A stretch of DNA of 32,000 nt from NCBI GenBank assembly GCA_048939465.1, contig JBHLPL010000008.1:454-32453 (forward strand), in the 5' to 3' direction. A program made the translations under genes and the position numbers. Of the stretch, positions 1-9,078 are shown in pieces. The notes below the pieces were generated by a model. The model was not told where the DNA came from. It did no database searches and was given only the letters and a program-made list of their open reading frames with translations. This DNA comes from Promethearchaeota archaeon. Its GTDB lineage: Archaea > Asgardarchaeota > Odinarchaeia > Odinarchaeales > JBHLKK01. Each line of letters begins with the position of its first letter. The stretch's first letter is position 1.

Positions 1-1560
1 GAAAAATCAAACGGAACATGGGTCTACCACGATCCCGCGGATGTCTATGACAATGCTACCGTAGTTACATGCCCGTGGGAAATGTCCCCTTCAGGATATG
101 CACCACTGATACAATATATAAACTTCACAATCTATCCTGAAACCGGTTCAACCGAAAACTACGTCGTACACAATTCTTCAGAAATTGACCCAGATACATT
201 GGAGCCTATTGGACCCCCCGGTTCATCAGGTGATTATAGCTGGAACTTGAGTAAATCGGTAACTGCTGCGTCTGCGGACGTAGGATTCTGGTTCAAACTC
301 CAATTCCACATGGAGCTTACCAACACCTCAACATATGATAGTGCTAACGTTACAGTCTATTACTCGGATACCATTCCTTGTACAGACCCGAGTGTCACCG
401 TAGATCCTATGGATTCATCTGATTCAGATAATTATGTACGCGGAACATTCTATATAGACTGGGCAGTGGAACCGGCCTTTGCCGACTGGATCAATGTAAG
501 CGTTCTTCTGACAAATGGAACTGCCATCATTAACCAAGTCTATGACTGGATGACCTGGCCAGGATACGGATCGCATATTGTTCAGACAATAGGAGACGAC
601 GTTACAGATGGGGCTTATACTCTTTCAGTAATCGTCGTCGATAACACGACTGACGATGACAATCACGGAGTATCTATAGTCGGCAACTACACAGCGATAC
701 TCACGGTTGCTAACAACTACTACACCCTGACTGATGCTAATGTATACTTTGCCATGCCTCTGGTCTCCACTGAAAGCGAAGATGCCGTAGAAGGCGTTGT
801 CAACATACTGTTTGAAATCGTGATGGGTTCACTAATCGATGTGGAAGGTCTGGGTTCAGACGTATTCGCCGATAGCTCTGCCGATGGGGTTACCAGCTGG
901 TCAAACATATCCTGGTGCAACATGACCCTAATCTCACCTAACGCCACAACACTGATAGGACCCAATGCAAGTATAGCCTATCTCTATTCAGACTACTGGC
1001 TCCCAAGCGGACTGTGGTATTTGGACGCTGTAGGCTTCATGTCAACAATCGATACTGCTGAGTGGCCTGATGGAACATGGAGTGTTGAATACTTCGTAAA
1101 TGACACTTCTGGCCATTCCTTAATTGTCGAAGGAGAGGTTCTAGCTGATAACACGGTCCCTGCTGTTGCCATAACCTCGCCTGCGGATGGAGCAGAGGTC
1201 ACCGGAGAGATATCTATTGATTTCACGATAACTGAAGTCAATCCAGTGTCAGTTAGCATATCAATAGGTGGTTTGCCGACTGATCTTGTCATCGGGGAAC
1301 TCAACTTCACAGGCGGTACTAACTCATTCACCTTTGACACTACTACAGTCGGCGACGGAGAACTGGCCATTGAAATCAACGTTGAAGATAACAACCTGTT
1401 GGGCTCTGATTCAATTGCGGTGACTGTTGTCAATACCAGGAATTCAGCAAACAGCTTCTACAGTCAAGGTATGATTCTTGGTCTCGGCGTAGGCATACCG
1501 ATATTCCTGCTGATTGGGTACGCACTTGGTTCAGCTCTGATGCGCGGTAAATTCAAATAA
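1..1560 (+). CDS. Cell-surface/S-layer-like glycoprotein with Ig-like domain and C-terminal membrane anchor (5' end lies before the window)
   Basis: Frame 1 is open from base 1 (EKSNGTWVYH...) into the 82..1560 ORF. Acidic, Thr/Ser/Asn-rich, with at least 15 N-x-S/T sequons, an Ig-like DNTVPAVAITSP..GAEVTGEISI segment, and a hydrophobic C-terminal helix followed by RGKFK. Confidence 0.7.
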   Translation, partial: EKSNGTWVYHDPADVYDNATVVTCPWEMSPSGYAPLIQYINFTIYPETGSTENYVVHNSSEIDPDTLEPIGPPGSSGDYSWNLSKSVTAASADVGFWFKLQFHMELTNTSTYDSANVTVYYSDTIPCTDPSVTVDPMDSSDSDNYVRGTFYIDWAVEPAFADWINVSVLLTNGTAIINQVYDWMTWPGYGSHIVQTIGDDVTDGAYTLSVIVVDNTTDDDNHGVSIVGNYTAILTVANNYYTLTDANVYFAMPLVSTESEDAVEGVVNILFEIVMGSLIDVEGLGSDVFADSSADGVTSWSNISWCNMTLISPNATTLIGPNASIAYLYSDYWLPSGLWYLDAVGFMSTIDTAEWPDGTWSVEYFVNDTSGHSLIVEGEVLADNTVPAVAITSPADGAEVTGEISIDFTITEVNPVSVSISIGGLPTDLVIGELNFTGGTNSFTFDTTTVGDGELAIEINVEDNNLLGSDSIAVTVVNTRNSANSFYSQGMILGLGVGIPIFLLIGYALGSALMRGKFK

Positions 1561-1571
1561 TTTAAACACCC

Positions 1572-1587
1572 TTTCCTTTATTTTTTT
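1572..1587 (+). terminator. Archaeal T-rich terminator
   Basis: TTTCCTTTATTTTTTT immediately after the stop of the surface protein gene. Confidence 0.55.
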
Positions 1588-1650
1588 GAATTTTCAGCAT
1601 GGTAAATCTTTTAACGGTATATCCTTCTAGAATTCTCAGGTGCTAGTATT

Positions 1651-2100
1651 ATGGAGAGCCGTAATTCTAACATTGATGAGGACCAACCTACCCTGGTACT
1701 GAAGAGCCTGGACCAGGCGGCTAGAATACTCGATGATATTCTGGGCGCTCTTGATTCTGTGAGCAGAATGAGTGTCTCTCGTCTTATGCTAGGCTCTATC
1801 CTTTCCTACCCCAGGGGAATTGAAGAGAAGATGAAATATAAGAATGCCGCGATGGGTCTTAAGACCGTTAAGGAGCTTATGGACGTAGTTCGCAAGAATC
1901 AGGAGTATCTGCAGAATGAAGTAACTGACGACAGCGAATTCTTTGGACATCTATTGAAGATCCTTAATGCTGATTTCGACGGAATGATAACTGTCCTTCT
2001 TCAATATAAGGGTGCCCGGGCGATAGGGCTTAGGATAAAAGACATCTTTGAAGAGGTAAGAGAAGTTGCTTCAACGATAAGGCATTTTGTCGAGAAGTAG
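1651..2100 (+). CDS. Hypothetical all-helical protein (149 aa)
   Basis: ATG-started ORF filling the gap between features; amphipathic helical composition; no recognisable motif. Confidence 0.65.
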   Translation: MESRNSNIDEDQPTLVLKSLDQAARILDDILGALDSVSRMSVSRLMLGSILSYPRGIEEKMKYKNAAMGLKTVKELMDVVRKNQEYLQNEVTDDSEFFGHLLKILNADFDGMITVLLQYKGARAIGLRIKDIFEEVREVASTIRHFVEK

Positions 2101-2179
2101 CACATCGGGTTCTTCTGTAAATGAATGGATTTTCGAAAACAGTTCAGTTACCTCCCAGGCAGAGTTGGGGCAGTTCTAT

Positions 2180-2399
2180 CTTCTTCTCCGCAAGAAGACT
2201 CCACCCGAAAGCGTGAAGATGAATTGCGAGGAGTTTAAATAGTTGTTTTCACGAGAAGCATATTGAATTGAGTCGAGGTAAAACTCGCCAATTCTCAAAT
2301 AGGGTGTCAGGGCAGGAACTGCCCGCAGAGCCTGTGAGACATGTCCCGGTGGGGAATGGATGAAACAGGAAGCTCCATCCGAAGGGTGGGGTAGTTCAC
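2180..2399 (+). mobile_element. Non-autonomous IS200/IS605-like element, class A (left end, TATA, omegaRNA-like scaffold, right end), copy E1
   Basis: Starts CTTCTTCTCCGCAAGAAGAC after TTCTAT, then a left hairpin and TTTAAATA at 2234-2241. Contains GGGCAGGAACTGCCC and ends GGAAGCTCCATCCGAAGGGTGGGGTAGTTCAC, typical of archaeal IS605/IS1341 right ends. Homologous to 8146-8371 and 22851-23071. Confidence 0.85.
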
Positions 2400-2435
2400 A
2401 AACCGGTTGTTCTTACTAGTCTTGGTGATTCTGCA

Positions 2436-4403
2436 ATGATCCCGATACAGAGGGTAGTTTTATACAAACACGGAGTCGGATACTTCGAAAGGCGGGGAAA
2501 GGTCAGAGAAACAGCAGCGTTGAAATTAAGGTTCAAGAAAGCTGAGATGAGTGATGTTTTGAAAAGCCTTTCTGTGATGGATTTGGGCGGTGGAAGGGTT
2601 TCTACCGTATCCTATGAGGCCGCTCCCACCATTTCGAAACTGCTTGAGAATATCGCAGTCAATGTACCTGAAACGAGTTCCTTAACCGAGCTGATAAAGC
2701 AAATCACTGGTATTGAGGTTGAGATTTCTTTCAACGGAGAGAAAACTCAAGGAAGAGTTCTGGGAATCGAGACCACCGTGGAAGTGGAGGATAAGGTTAA
2801 ACGAAATATCGACCACATCGTCCTTTTGAAAGATGATTCAATAATTACTGTGAAGCTTTCAGACATCAAGAATCTAGCTATTATGGATGAGGATGTTAAA
2901 AGAGATCTAGCGTATTTTGCGGACATCATTTCAGACTCAAAGAAAGAGGAGCTTAAGTCCGTTACCATTCTTTTTGAAGGAGAAGGAGAAAGAGATGCTG
3001 TGATATCTTACATGATTGAGGTCCCGGTCTGGAAAACAAGCTATCGATTGATAATCTTTGAAGATCGGACAGTCCTTCAAGGATGGGCTATCGTGGACAA
3101 TATCTTGGATGAAGACTGGGATGGTGTGGGGCTTTCGCTGGTTGCAGGACTGCCGATTTCATTTCGTCACGATCTGTACACTCCCCGGTATGTTGTCCGT
3201 CCTGAGGTAGAAGTTGAAGAAAGACTTGGGGTGGCTCCAGTAGAACTTGAAGAAGGGGCTGAAGCTGCTGAGCGGGCCGAGATGAAGGCATATGCGCTGG
3301 CAGATAGACCAGCTCCCGTGGGGGGTCCCGGCCTAGCTAAGAAGGCCAGAGCTTTCCGCAGTGCCATGGAACCACGAATGGACCGTGCAATTGAGACTGT
3401 TGAAACCATCGCGGAGGCCAAGGAAGCTGGAGAATTCCTGGTGTATAATGTAACTGTGCCTGTTACCGTAAAAAGGAATCAATCTGCTCTTGTTCCCATT
3501 CTGACTAGTGATGTGGATGGAAAGAAAGTTCTTGTGTATCAAGAGCATGCAAGACGCGGCAATCCGATCATGTGTCTTGAACTGACCAACAATTCCGATC
3601 TGACTCTGGAAAGCGGACCGGTTACTGTCTACGATGGAGGTGTTTATTCAGGTGAATGCATGCTACCTTTTATGGCGGAGGGTGAAAAGCGTCTCTTACC
3701 TTATGCTGTTGATCTGGAAACGACGGTGACTCGTGAGGATAGAATGAAGGACGAATCCGTCCACAAGGTCATTGTACGGGGACCGGTTGTTGAGAGTCTA
3801 TATTATAGAGCCCGTGAAGCCAAATACAAAATCAGGAACAAGACCGATGAAAACAAGGAGATAATCGTAGAGCACGAAAAAGAGCATGGATTTGAGCCTG
3901 TTGATATGGAGAAGCCGAGCGAAGAGACTGCAAGCTATTATCGATGGAGAATAGCAGTTGATTCGAAAGAGACAACGGAGTTCGTTGTAAAACTAAGAAG
4001 GCTGATCTCATCAAGTTTGTCCGTTGTCGGAATTACTTCTTCCGTACTTGAATTCTATTTGAGAAACAAATTAATCTCAGAAGAGGAATCTGAATACCTC
4101 GGCAAAATAGTCAAACTCTCTGAAGAGAAAACTGGTATTGAAGCGGAAATAGCTAAGTTAGAAGGTATGCAGAAGAAGATCTTTGAAGATCAGCCGAGAC
4201 TGAGGGATAACCTTAAGGCGTTGGGCAAAACCAGACAGGAGGACGAGCTTAGGACGAAATATGTCACAAAGCTATCTGAACAGGAGGACGCTTTAGAGAA
4301 GCTCAAAAAGCGAAGAGATTCTTTGTCTTCGAAATCTCACAAGTTGCAGTTGGAAATTGATGCGGCAATCAATGAGTTTGCGAAGTCTCGACAAGACCAC
4401 TAG
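2436..4403 (+). CDS. DUF4139 family protein
   Basis: N-terminal RVVLYKHGVGYFERRG, WKTSYRL..QGWAIVDN..DEDW..V.LSLVAG.P motifs and a C-terminal coiled coil. Confidence 0.8.
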   Translation: MIPIQRVVLYKHGVGYFERRGKVRETAALKLRFKKAEMSDVLKSLSVMDLGGGRVSTVSYEAAPTISKLLENIAVNVPETSSLTELIKQITGIEVEISFNGEKTQGRVLGIETTVEVEDKVKRNIDHIVLLKDDSIITVKLSDIKNLAIMDEDVKRDLAYFADIISDSKKEELKSVTILFEGEGERDAVISYMIEVPVWKTSYRLIIFEDRTVLQGWAIVDNILDEDWDGVGLSLVAGLPISFRHDLYTPRYVVRPEVEVEERLGVAPVELEEGAEAAERAEMKAYALADRPAPVGGPGLAKKARAFRSAMEPRMDRAIETVETIAEAKEAGEFLVYNVTVPVTVKRNQSALVPILTSDVDGKKVLVYQEHARRGNPIMCLELTNNSDLTLESGPVTVYDGGVYSGECMLPFMAEGEKRLLPYAVDLETTVTREDRMKDESVHKVIVRGPVVESLYYRAREAKYKIRNKTDENKEIIVEHEKEHGFEPVDMEKPSEETASYYRWRIAVDSKETTEFVVKLRRLISSSLSVVGITSSVLEFYLRNKLISEEESEYLGKIVKLSEEKTGIEAEIAKLEGMQKKIFEDQPRLRDNLKALGKTRQEDELRTKYVTKLSEQEDALEKLKKRRDSLSSKSHKLQLEIDAAINEFAKSRQDH

Positions 4404-4540
4404 AAGGAAGCCTTTCCCTTCCTGTTTTGACCTCACTCAGATTCTTGTCTCCAAATTCTTTTAAGAATAATTCTTTCAGGAAGAATATTAAGGCCGGGAA
4501 TTTATCTTGGCGTGAACAGCGTTAGTTTGGAGGTCTTGAC

Positions 4541-5455
4541 ATGAGAATCTTGACAACGGTTATTGGAAGCTACCCTGTGTGCGGTAACGAAGGTCCAGAC
4601 GCTATTAGGGCAGCTGTAGATGTTCAGCTTAGTGCCGGCATAGACTTGATAAGTGACGGACAAGTTAGACATGATATGATAAAATACTTCACAAGTCATA
4701 TTCCCGGTTTCGAGATAAAGGGGAACGAATCGGTAATAGTTGGTAAAATCCATCCGAGTGATGACAAGTCGATAGCCGTAGACGATCTTATGCGGGTCAA
4801 AAAATATGTTAAGGGCAGAGCAAAGGTGAAGGGCATAATTACTGGACCCATGACTCTTATCTCTTCATGTAAGATCACCAAGGACTCACCTTATGATAAC
4901 ATTTTTGATAGAAGGCTTTATGAGGATGCAGCTGAAGCTCTAGCAGTGGAAGCGAAGCAACTGACAAAGGCAGGAGCTGATTCCATCCAGGTAGATGAGC
5001 CCTTCTATTCTGTGGGAGTCCCTATGGATCTTGCTAAAGAGTGCGTAGAACTTATTGTTAACAGCCTTCGTGTACCCGTTTCCCTTCACGCATGCGGTGA
5101 CATAGGAAAGGTATTCGATCGTCTGCTCGACTTCGATGGAGTGGACGTGCTCAGCCACGAATTTGCTGCCTCCCCCCGTAATCTTGAGGCCGTTACTCGA
5201 CAGAAGCTTGAAGAGCACGATAAGAAACTTGGAGTGGGCTGTGTAAAGACGAATACAGAGCAAATTGAGACGCAGAAAGAGGTCTTGACTTTACTCAAGA
5301 AGGCAGCTGAACTGGTTGGTTTTGAGAATATGTGGATTCATCCGGACTGCGGCTTGAGACTACTGAATTGTGATGTTGCAGAATTGAAGCTTAAGACAAT
5401 GATGAACGCCACCCGACAATTCATTGAGGAGTCAGACATAGAGTCCGAGATATAG
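4541..5455 (+). CDS. metE: Cobalamin-independent methionine synthase, archaeal core (catalytic domain only)
   Basis: TTVIGSYP, Q..AGIDLISDGQ.R, KGIITGPMTL, IQVDEP, Zn ligands LHAC and HPDCGL. Confidence 0.85.
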   Translation: MRILTTVIGSYPVCGNEGPDAIRAAVDVQLSAGIDLISDGQVRHDMIKYFTSHIPGFEIKGNESVIVGKIHPSDDKSIAVDDLMRVKKYVKGRAKVKGIITGPMTLISSCKITKDSPYDNIFDRRLYEDAAEALAVEAKQLTKAGADSIQVDEPFYSVGVPMDLAKECVELIVNSLRVPVSLHACGDIGKVFDRLLDFDGVDVLSHEFAASPRNLEAVTRQKLEEHDKKLGVGCVKTNTEQIETQKEVLTLLKKAAELVGFENMWIHPDCGLRLLNCDVAELKLKTMMNATRQFIEESDIESEI

Positions 5456-5489
5456 TTGTGGCTCTTAGTCCGTTCAATTCTCGGAGAGC

Positions 5490-6716
5490 TCAATCGATTC
5501 TAGGAGGAGCTTCCTTTCTGATTTCAGAAATTAGAAGATTGGAATCTAGGTATATTGTAAACGAGTGATCTTCATGTTTCAGTACCACGGGTACGGGGAA
5601 TTTCTCGGCCTTTTCTATTTTGGATTTATCAATTGAGAATTGTATTCTACTACTGCAGTGCGGGCAGACAACAACCTTCGATATTCTTCTCAGAGGCTCT
5701 GGCTCTTCTTCGGGTTCTATCTTGAATGCAGTTCGTTTCTTATCTATCCAGCTATGTATTGTAACTCTGGCTTCTGCCAAAAAGGACTTGAGATTGCTAA
5801 GCATATTCAGAACTGTAGTCTTGACTCGCTGCTTCTTGATTCCAGTCTCAGACATGAAGAAAAGTGATAGATTGTAACCCGGTTCCGGCTTCTCTAGAAC
5901 CGTGAAGACCCCCTTCTCGCCCAGCTTTCGTGTGAGTTTGTTCAATATGTAAAGGTCAAATTCATCTTTTACAGGAAATGCTAGTGACAAAACTGCGGAG
6001 TTGATGGTTTTTTTGGCGACTCCGTCACTGACTTTGAACTCCTGATATTTCGCATGTTCGCATATTTCGTCACTAAACACACACGGATAGTCTGGTCCGT
6101 GGGTTGGACAGTTGAATGGTTCTAGATTCAATATTATGTCTAGTACTTGATCTACTCCCATGAGCTTAGGAGGTTCCTTAACATCAATTCTGCAGAACTC
6201 AGCGCCTTCCCACATGCTACTGGCGAGTTCAATCTGGTGATTTGGGGCCAGAGCAGTCGTAATCTGATTCGAGGCAGGGATACATACAAAGTTACATAAG
6301 GCCACTTTTGAGAATTGTTTTCCCCTCTCAAACGCAGGGCAGTGTGTGATCTTGAGTGTGAGATTGCCTTCGCCGAACTTCTTTACATCAAACTCAAAGC
6401 CAAGAATTGGCAAACTGTTTTGATAGAATTCTTCTGTGACATCTATTCCTTTTCCGACTATTCGAAGAGTGTTCTTTATCTGAGACATTAACGCACCCAT
6501 CGATTTTTCCCTCTGCTCAGAAAGCAGGGTTGTTGCATCGCCCCCATATTTCTTCACGATCTCAGCGATGGCCTCGGTTTGAATTAGGAAGAGTGCATCA
6601 TGCAAAATCTTAAGCCTCGATTGGATATCCGTTTCGGATACTCCATCCACTATCGGTCTGTCATCCATTTCTATTACCTCTGTCGGTGGGTTTGAATCAT
6701 GTTCAAGCAAATACAC
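5490..6716 (-). CDS. Three-domain protein: V4R/ATC-hydrolase-like domain, ARPC4 (Arp2/3 subunit p20)-like domain, C-terminal CxxC Zn ribbon
   Basis: aa ~30-181 have LKITHCP..C..VC..G.EFCRI. aa ~186-331 contain TINSAVLSLAFPVKDEFD..K..R..VFTVLEKPEPGYNLSLF, matching ARPC4 SINSVRVSIAVKQADEIE..K..R..FFILRRKPVEGYDISFL. aa 351-354 are CPHC. The start may be Met17 (6668). Confidence 0.75.
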   Translation of the reverse strand: MYLLEHDSNPPTEVIEMDDRPIVDGVSETDIQSRLKILHDALFLIQTEAIAEIVKKYGGDATTLLSEQREKSMGALMSQIKNTLRIVGKGIDVTEEFYQNSLPILGFEFDVKKFGEGNLTLKITHCPAFERGKQFSKVALCNFVCIPASNQITTALAPNHQIELASSMWEGAEFCRIDVKEPPKLMGVDQVLDIILNLEPFNCPTHGPDYPCVFSDEICEHAKYQEFKVSDGVAKKTINSAVLSLAFPVKDEFDLYILNKLTRKLGEKGVFTVLEKPEPGYNLSLFFMSETGIKKQRVKTTVLNMLSNLKSFLAEARVTIHSWIDKKRTAFKIEPEEEPEPLRRISKVVVCPHCSSRIQFSIDKSKIEKAEKFPVPVVLKHEDHSFTIYLDSNLLISEIRKEAPPRID

Positions 6717-6822
6717 TCGATTCTCACTAATAAAGTCTTTCTAACGAATATGAGGCATAAGATAGAAAACATTTATTACACAAAATAAAGAGAACTTTAT
6801 TCAATGATAAGGAGGCAAAATT

Positions 6823-7332
6823 ATGGGAAATCTGAGAATTTTCAGGAAAGCTCTGACGATGACTACCAGATCAAAAAGGAGGTTCTTTTCTGCTATTGGC
6901 ATTTACTGCGTTCTCTCGTGGTGGGTTGCGATTTCAATACATCTAGGAGAAACCGTTCTCGCTATTATGGGAATCCTTGGCGGACTTATCGTTGCAGTTC
7001 TGTACGGCTTTGTCTTAACTCAATTTAGAAAGACTCAGATCGCCACCCTAAAATGCATAGGGTGGGGGAATGACAATATTCGACTTTTGATGATCGGTGA
7101 ACTCCTGCTAGTTTCTCTCCTAGGATTCATCATAACGCTGGAAATAGACATTCACATTTTGGGATTAAGTTGGTATGTTGGTGTAGCACCTGGTATAATA
7201 ACTCAGTTTGTTTTCTCAGGTCTTTCTCTGGCTCTTACGTTTGTGATAGTGATTTTCGCTCAAATGCCAGGAATTATTATCGCTCACTGGAGGACTCTTC
7301 AGGTTAGACCCATGGTGGCACTAAAGGCATAG
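6823..7332 (+). CDS. Minimal FtsX/MacB-type ABC permease (4 TM)
   Basis: RKTQIATLKCIGW...LMIGELLL FtsX-domain signature; four hydrophobic segments; directly upstream of a LolD-type ATPase. Confidence 0.75.
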   Translation: MGNLRIFRKALTMTTRSKRRFFSAIGIYCVLSWWVAISIHLGETVLAIMGILGGLIVAVLYGFVLTQFRKTQIATLKCIGWGNDNIRLLMIGELLLVSLLGFIITLEIDIHILGLSWYVGVAPGIITQFVFSGLSLALTFVIVIFAQMPGIIIAHWRTLQVRPMVALKA

Positions 7333-7349
7333 AATGAGGGGGTTAAAAA

Positions 7350-8054
7350 ATGTCAAAAGAAGAATCCATAATTCTCGCGCAAGGCGTCTCAAAAGAGTAC
7401 AAACGTGGGAGAGAAGTAGTCCAGGCGCTAAGAGGCGTGAACCTCGAAATCAGAAGAGGAGAACTTGTATGTATTTTTGGTCCCAGCGGAAGCGGTAAGA
7501 CGACTCTACTGAATGTGTTGAGCGGACTGGACCAGCCTTCTGTTGGACGTATCATACTGGATGGTACAGACACAAGTGTGCTGGATGAAAGACTCTTCCC
7601 CAGAATCAGACGAGAAAAAGTTGGTTTTGTCTTTCAAGATTTCAATCTAGTACCTGATATGACAACCATAGAAAACGTTGAATCTCCTCTCTGGCCCACT
7701 GATACCAAATCGAAAGCAATCGAAAACAAAGCCTTGGCCCTGCTAAGAGAGGTAGATCTCCTTGAAAGAAAAGATCACAGACCGAAGCAGCTTTCTGGGG
7801 GCGAGCAGCAAAGAGCAGCTATCGCTCGTGCGTTGGTTAACGATCCTACTGTGCTATTTGCTGACGAACCGACGGGAAATCTCGATACCAAGACTGGTCA
7901 GGAAATCATGAGACTCCTCAGAAGAATTAATAAGGAACAAGGAACGACCGTCATAGTCGTAACCCACGATCAGAGTCTACTGGAATATTCGGATAGAGCT
8001 TTCAACATCGTCGATGGAAAGGTATCGGAAGTTAAGTCGCGTAGGGCATCTTAG
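7350..8054 (+). CDS. ABC transporter ATP-binding protein, LolD/MacB/SalX type
   Basis: Walker [18 protein letters not shown], signature [21 protein letters not shown]. Confidence 0.95.
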   Translation: MSKEESIILAQGVSKEYKRGREVVQALRGVNLEIRRGELVCIFGPSGSGKTTLLNVLSGLDQPSVGRIILDGTDTSVLDERLFPRIRREKVGFVFQDFNLVPDMTTIENVESPLWPTDTKSKAIENKALALLREVDLLERKDHRPKQLSGGEQQRAAIARALVNDPTVLFADEPTGNLDTKTGQEIMRLLRRINKEQGTTVIVVTHDQSLLEYSDRAFNIVDGKVSEVKSRRAS

Positions 8055-8087
8055 GAGCTCGGTCTCCATTGCTCTACCGCCCCGCTC

Positions 8088-8095
8088 TTTTTTTT
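8088..8095 (+). terminator. Poly-T terminator of the ABC operon
   Basis: T8 run about 35 nt after the ATPase stop codon. Confidence 0.5.
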
Positions 8096-8145
8096 GGTGT
8101 TCCTCTTATATCAAGAGTTTTAAGAGCGTAGAACTAAGCTTTTAT

Positions 8146-8371
8146 CTTCTTCTCCGCGAGAAGACTCCGTCCGAAAGGATGGAGACGAATTGCGAGGAAT
8201 TTAAATACCTGTTCTGACGATAGACATGTAGAATTGAGTCGAGGTAAAACTCGCCAATTCTCAAACATAGAGTCTCAGGGCTAGGAAATGCCCGCAGAGA
8301 GCCTGCAAGACACATCCCTTTACGGAATGGATGAAGCAGGAAGCCCCATCCGAAAGGGTGGAGTAGTTCAC
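8146..8371 (+). mobile_element. Non-autonomous IS200/IS605-like element, class A, copy E2
   Basis: Follows TTTAT. Left hairpin CTCCGTCC-GAAA-GGATGGAG, TTTAAATA at 8200-8207, GAATTGAGTCGAGGTAAAACTCGCCAATTC identical to E1, right hairpin CCCCATCC-GAAA-GGGTGGAG then TAGTTCAC. Confidence 0.88.
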
Positions 8372-8408
8372 ATCTCTTCAACGAATTACTCTCTGAGAGT
8401 GAGTCCAA

Positions 8409-9035
8409 ATGAGTTCTGGCAAAAAATCCATGAAATCCATAATAAAGAAGATGGATCAGAACATTAACGAGGTCAATGTGAAGCAGATCGATGACATGGT
8501 AAATGAGATAATCTATACAAAAGCTAAGGATGGAAGAATCTTTGTAGCAGGAACGGGCCGATCCGGTCTCGTAGGAAAGGCGTTCGCCATGCGCCTGTAT
8601 CACCTAGGTTTTGATGTGGTTGTTCTTGGCGAAACCATAGTACCTTCAGCATCGAAAAGAGATTGTGTGGTGGCGATATCTGGTTCCGGTAAGACGGATT
8701 TCACGGTAGACACGGCAGGATTGGCCAGAAAGATTGGGGCTCGCGTTATTGGGGTTACCAGCGAGGAGGAATCCCCACTCGCAAAGATAAGCGATATTGT
8801 TGTTATTGTCAAAGGTAGAACTAAGGAAATGGTGGATGAATCGAAGGAGAAATTCAAGTGGGATGCTAGGCAAATAACGGGCCTTCATGCGCCTCTGAGC
8901 CCTCTCGGCTCGATGTTTGAACTTACGGTAATGCTATTCCTCGAAGGGATAATTGCAGCCCTGATTGAGAAGCTGAAGATATCGGAGGATACTATCCAAG
9001 AAAGACATGCAAACATTGAGACCATTACGTCTTGA
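8409..9035 (+). CDS. phi: 6-phospho-3-hexuloisomerase (SIS domain)
   Basis: RIFVAGTGRSGLVGKAFAMRL.HLG, GET..P, ISGSGKT, PLGS.FE, HAN.E. Confidence 0.9.
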   Translation: MSSGKKSMKSIIKKMDQNINEVNVKQIDDMVNEIIYTKAKDGRIFVAGTGRSGLVGKAFAMRLYHLGFDVVVLGETIVPSASKRDCVVAISGSGKTDFTVDTAGLARKIGARVIGVTSEEESPLAKISDIVVIVKGRTKEMVDESKEKFKWDARQITGLHAPLSPLGSMFELTVMLFLEGIIAALIEKLKISEDTIQERHANIETITS

Positions 9036-9078
9036 GTACCTCTTGGTCTGTATTTATCACGTGGTGTCGCGGCTGGTT

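Noticed and set aside
8142-8603. 153-aa minus-strand ORF, also 8014..8217 and 13898..14086
   Set aside because: Shadow frames across elements E2/E4 and phi; no protein motifs.
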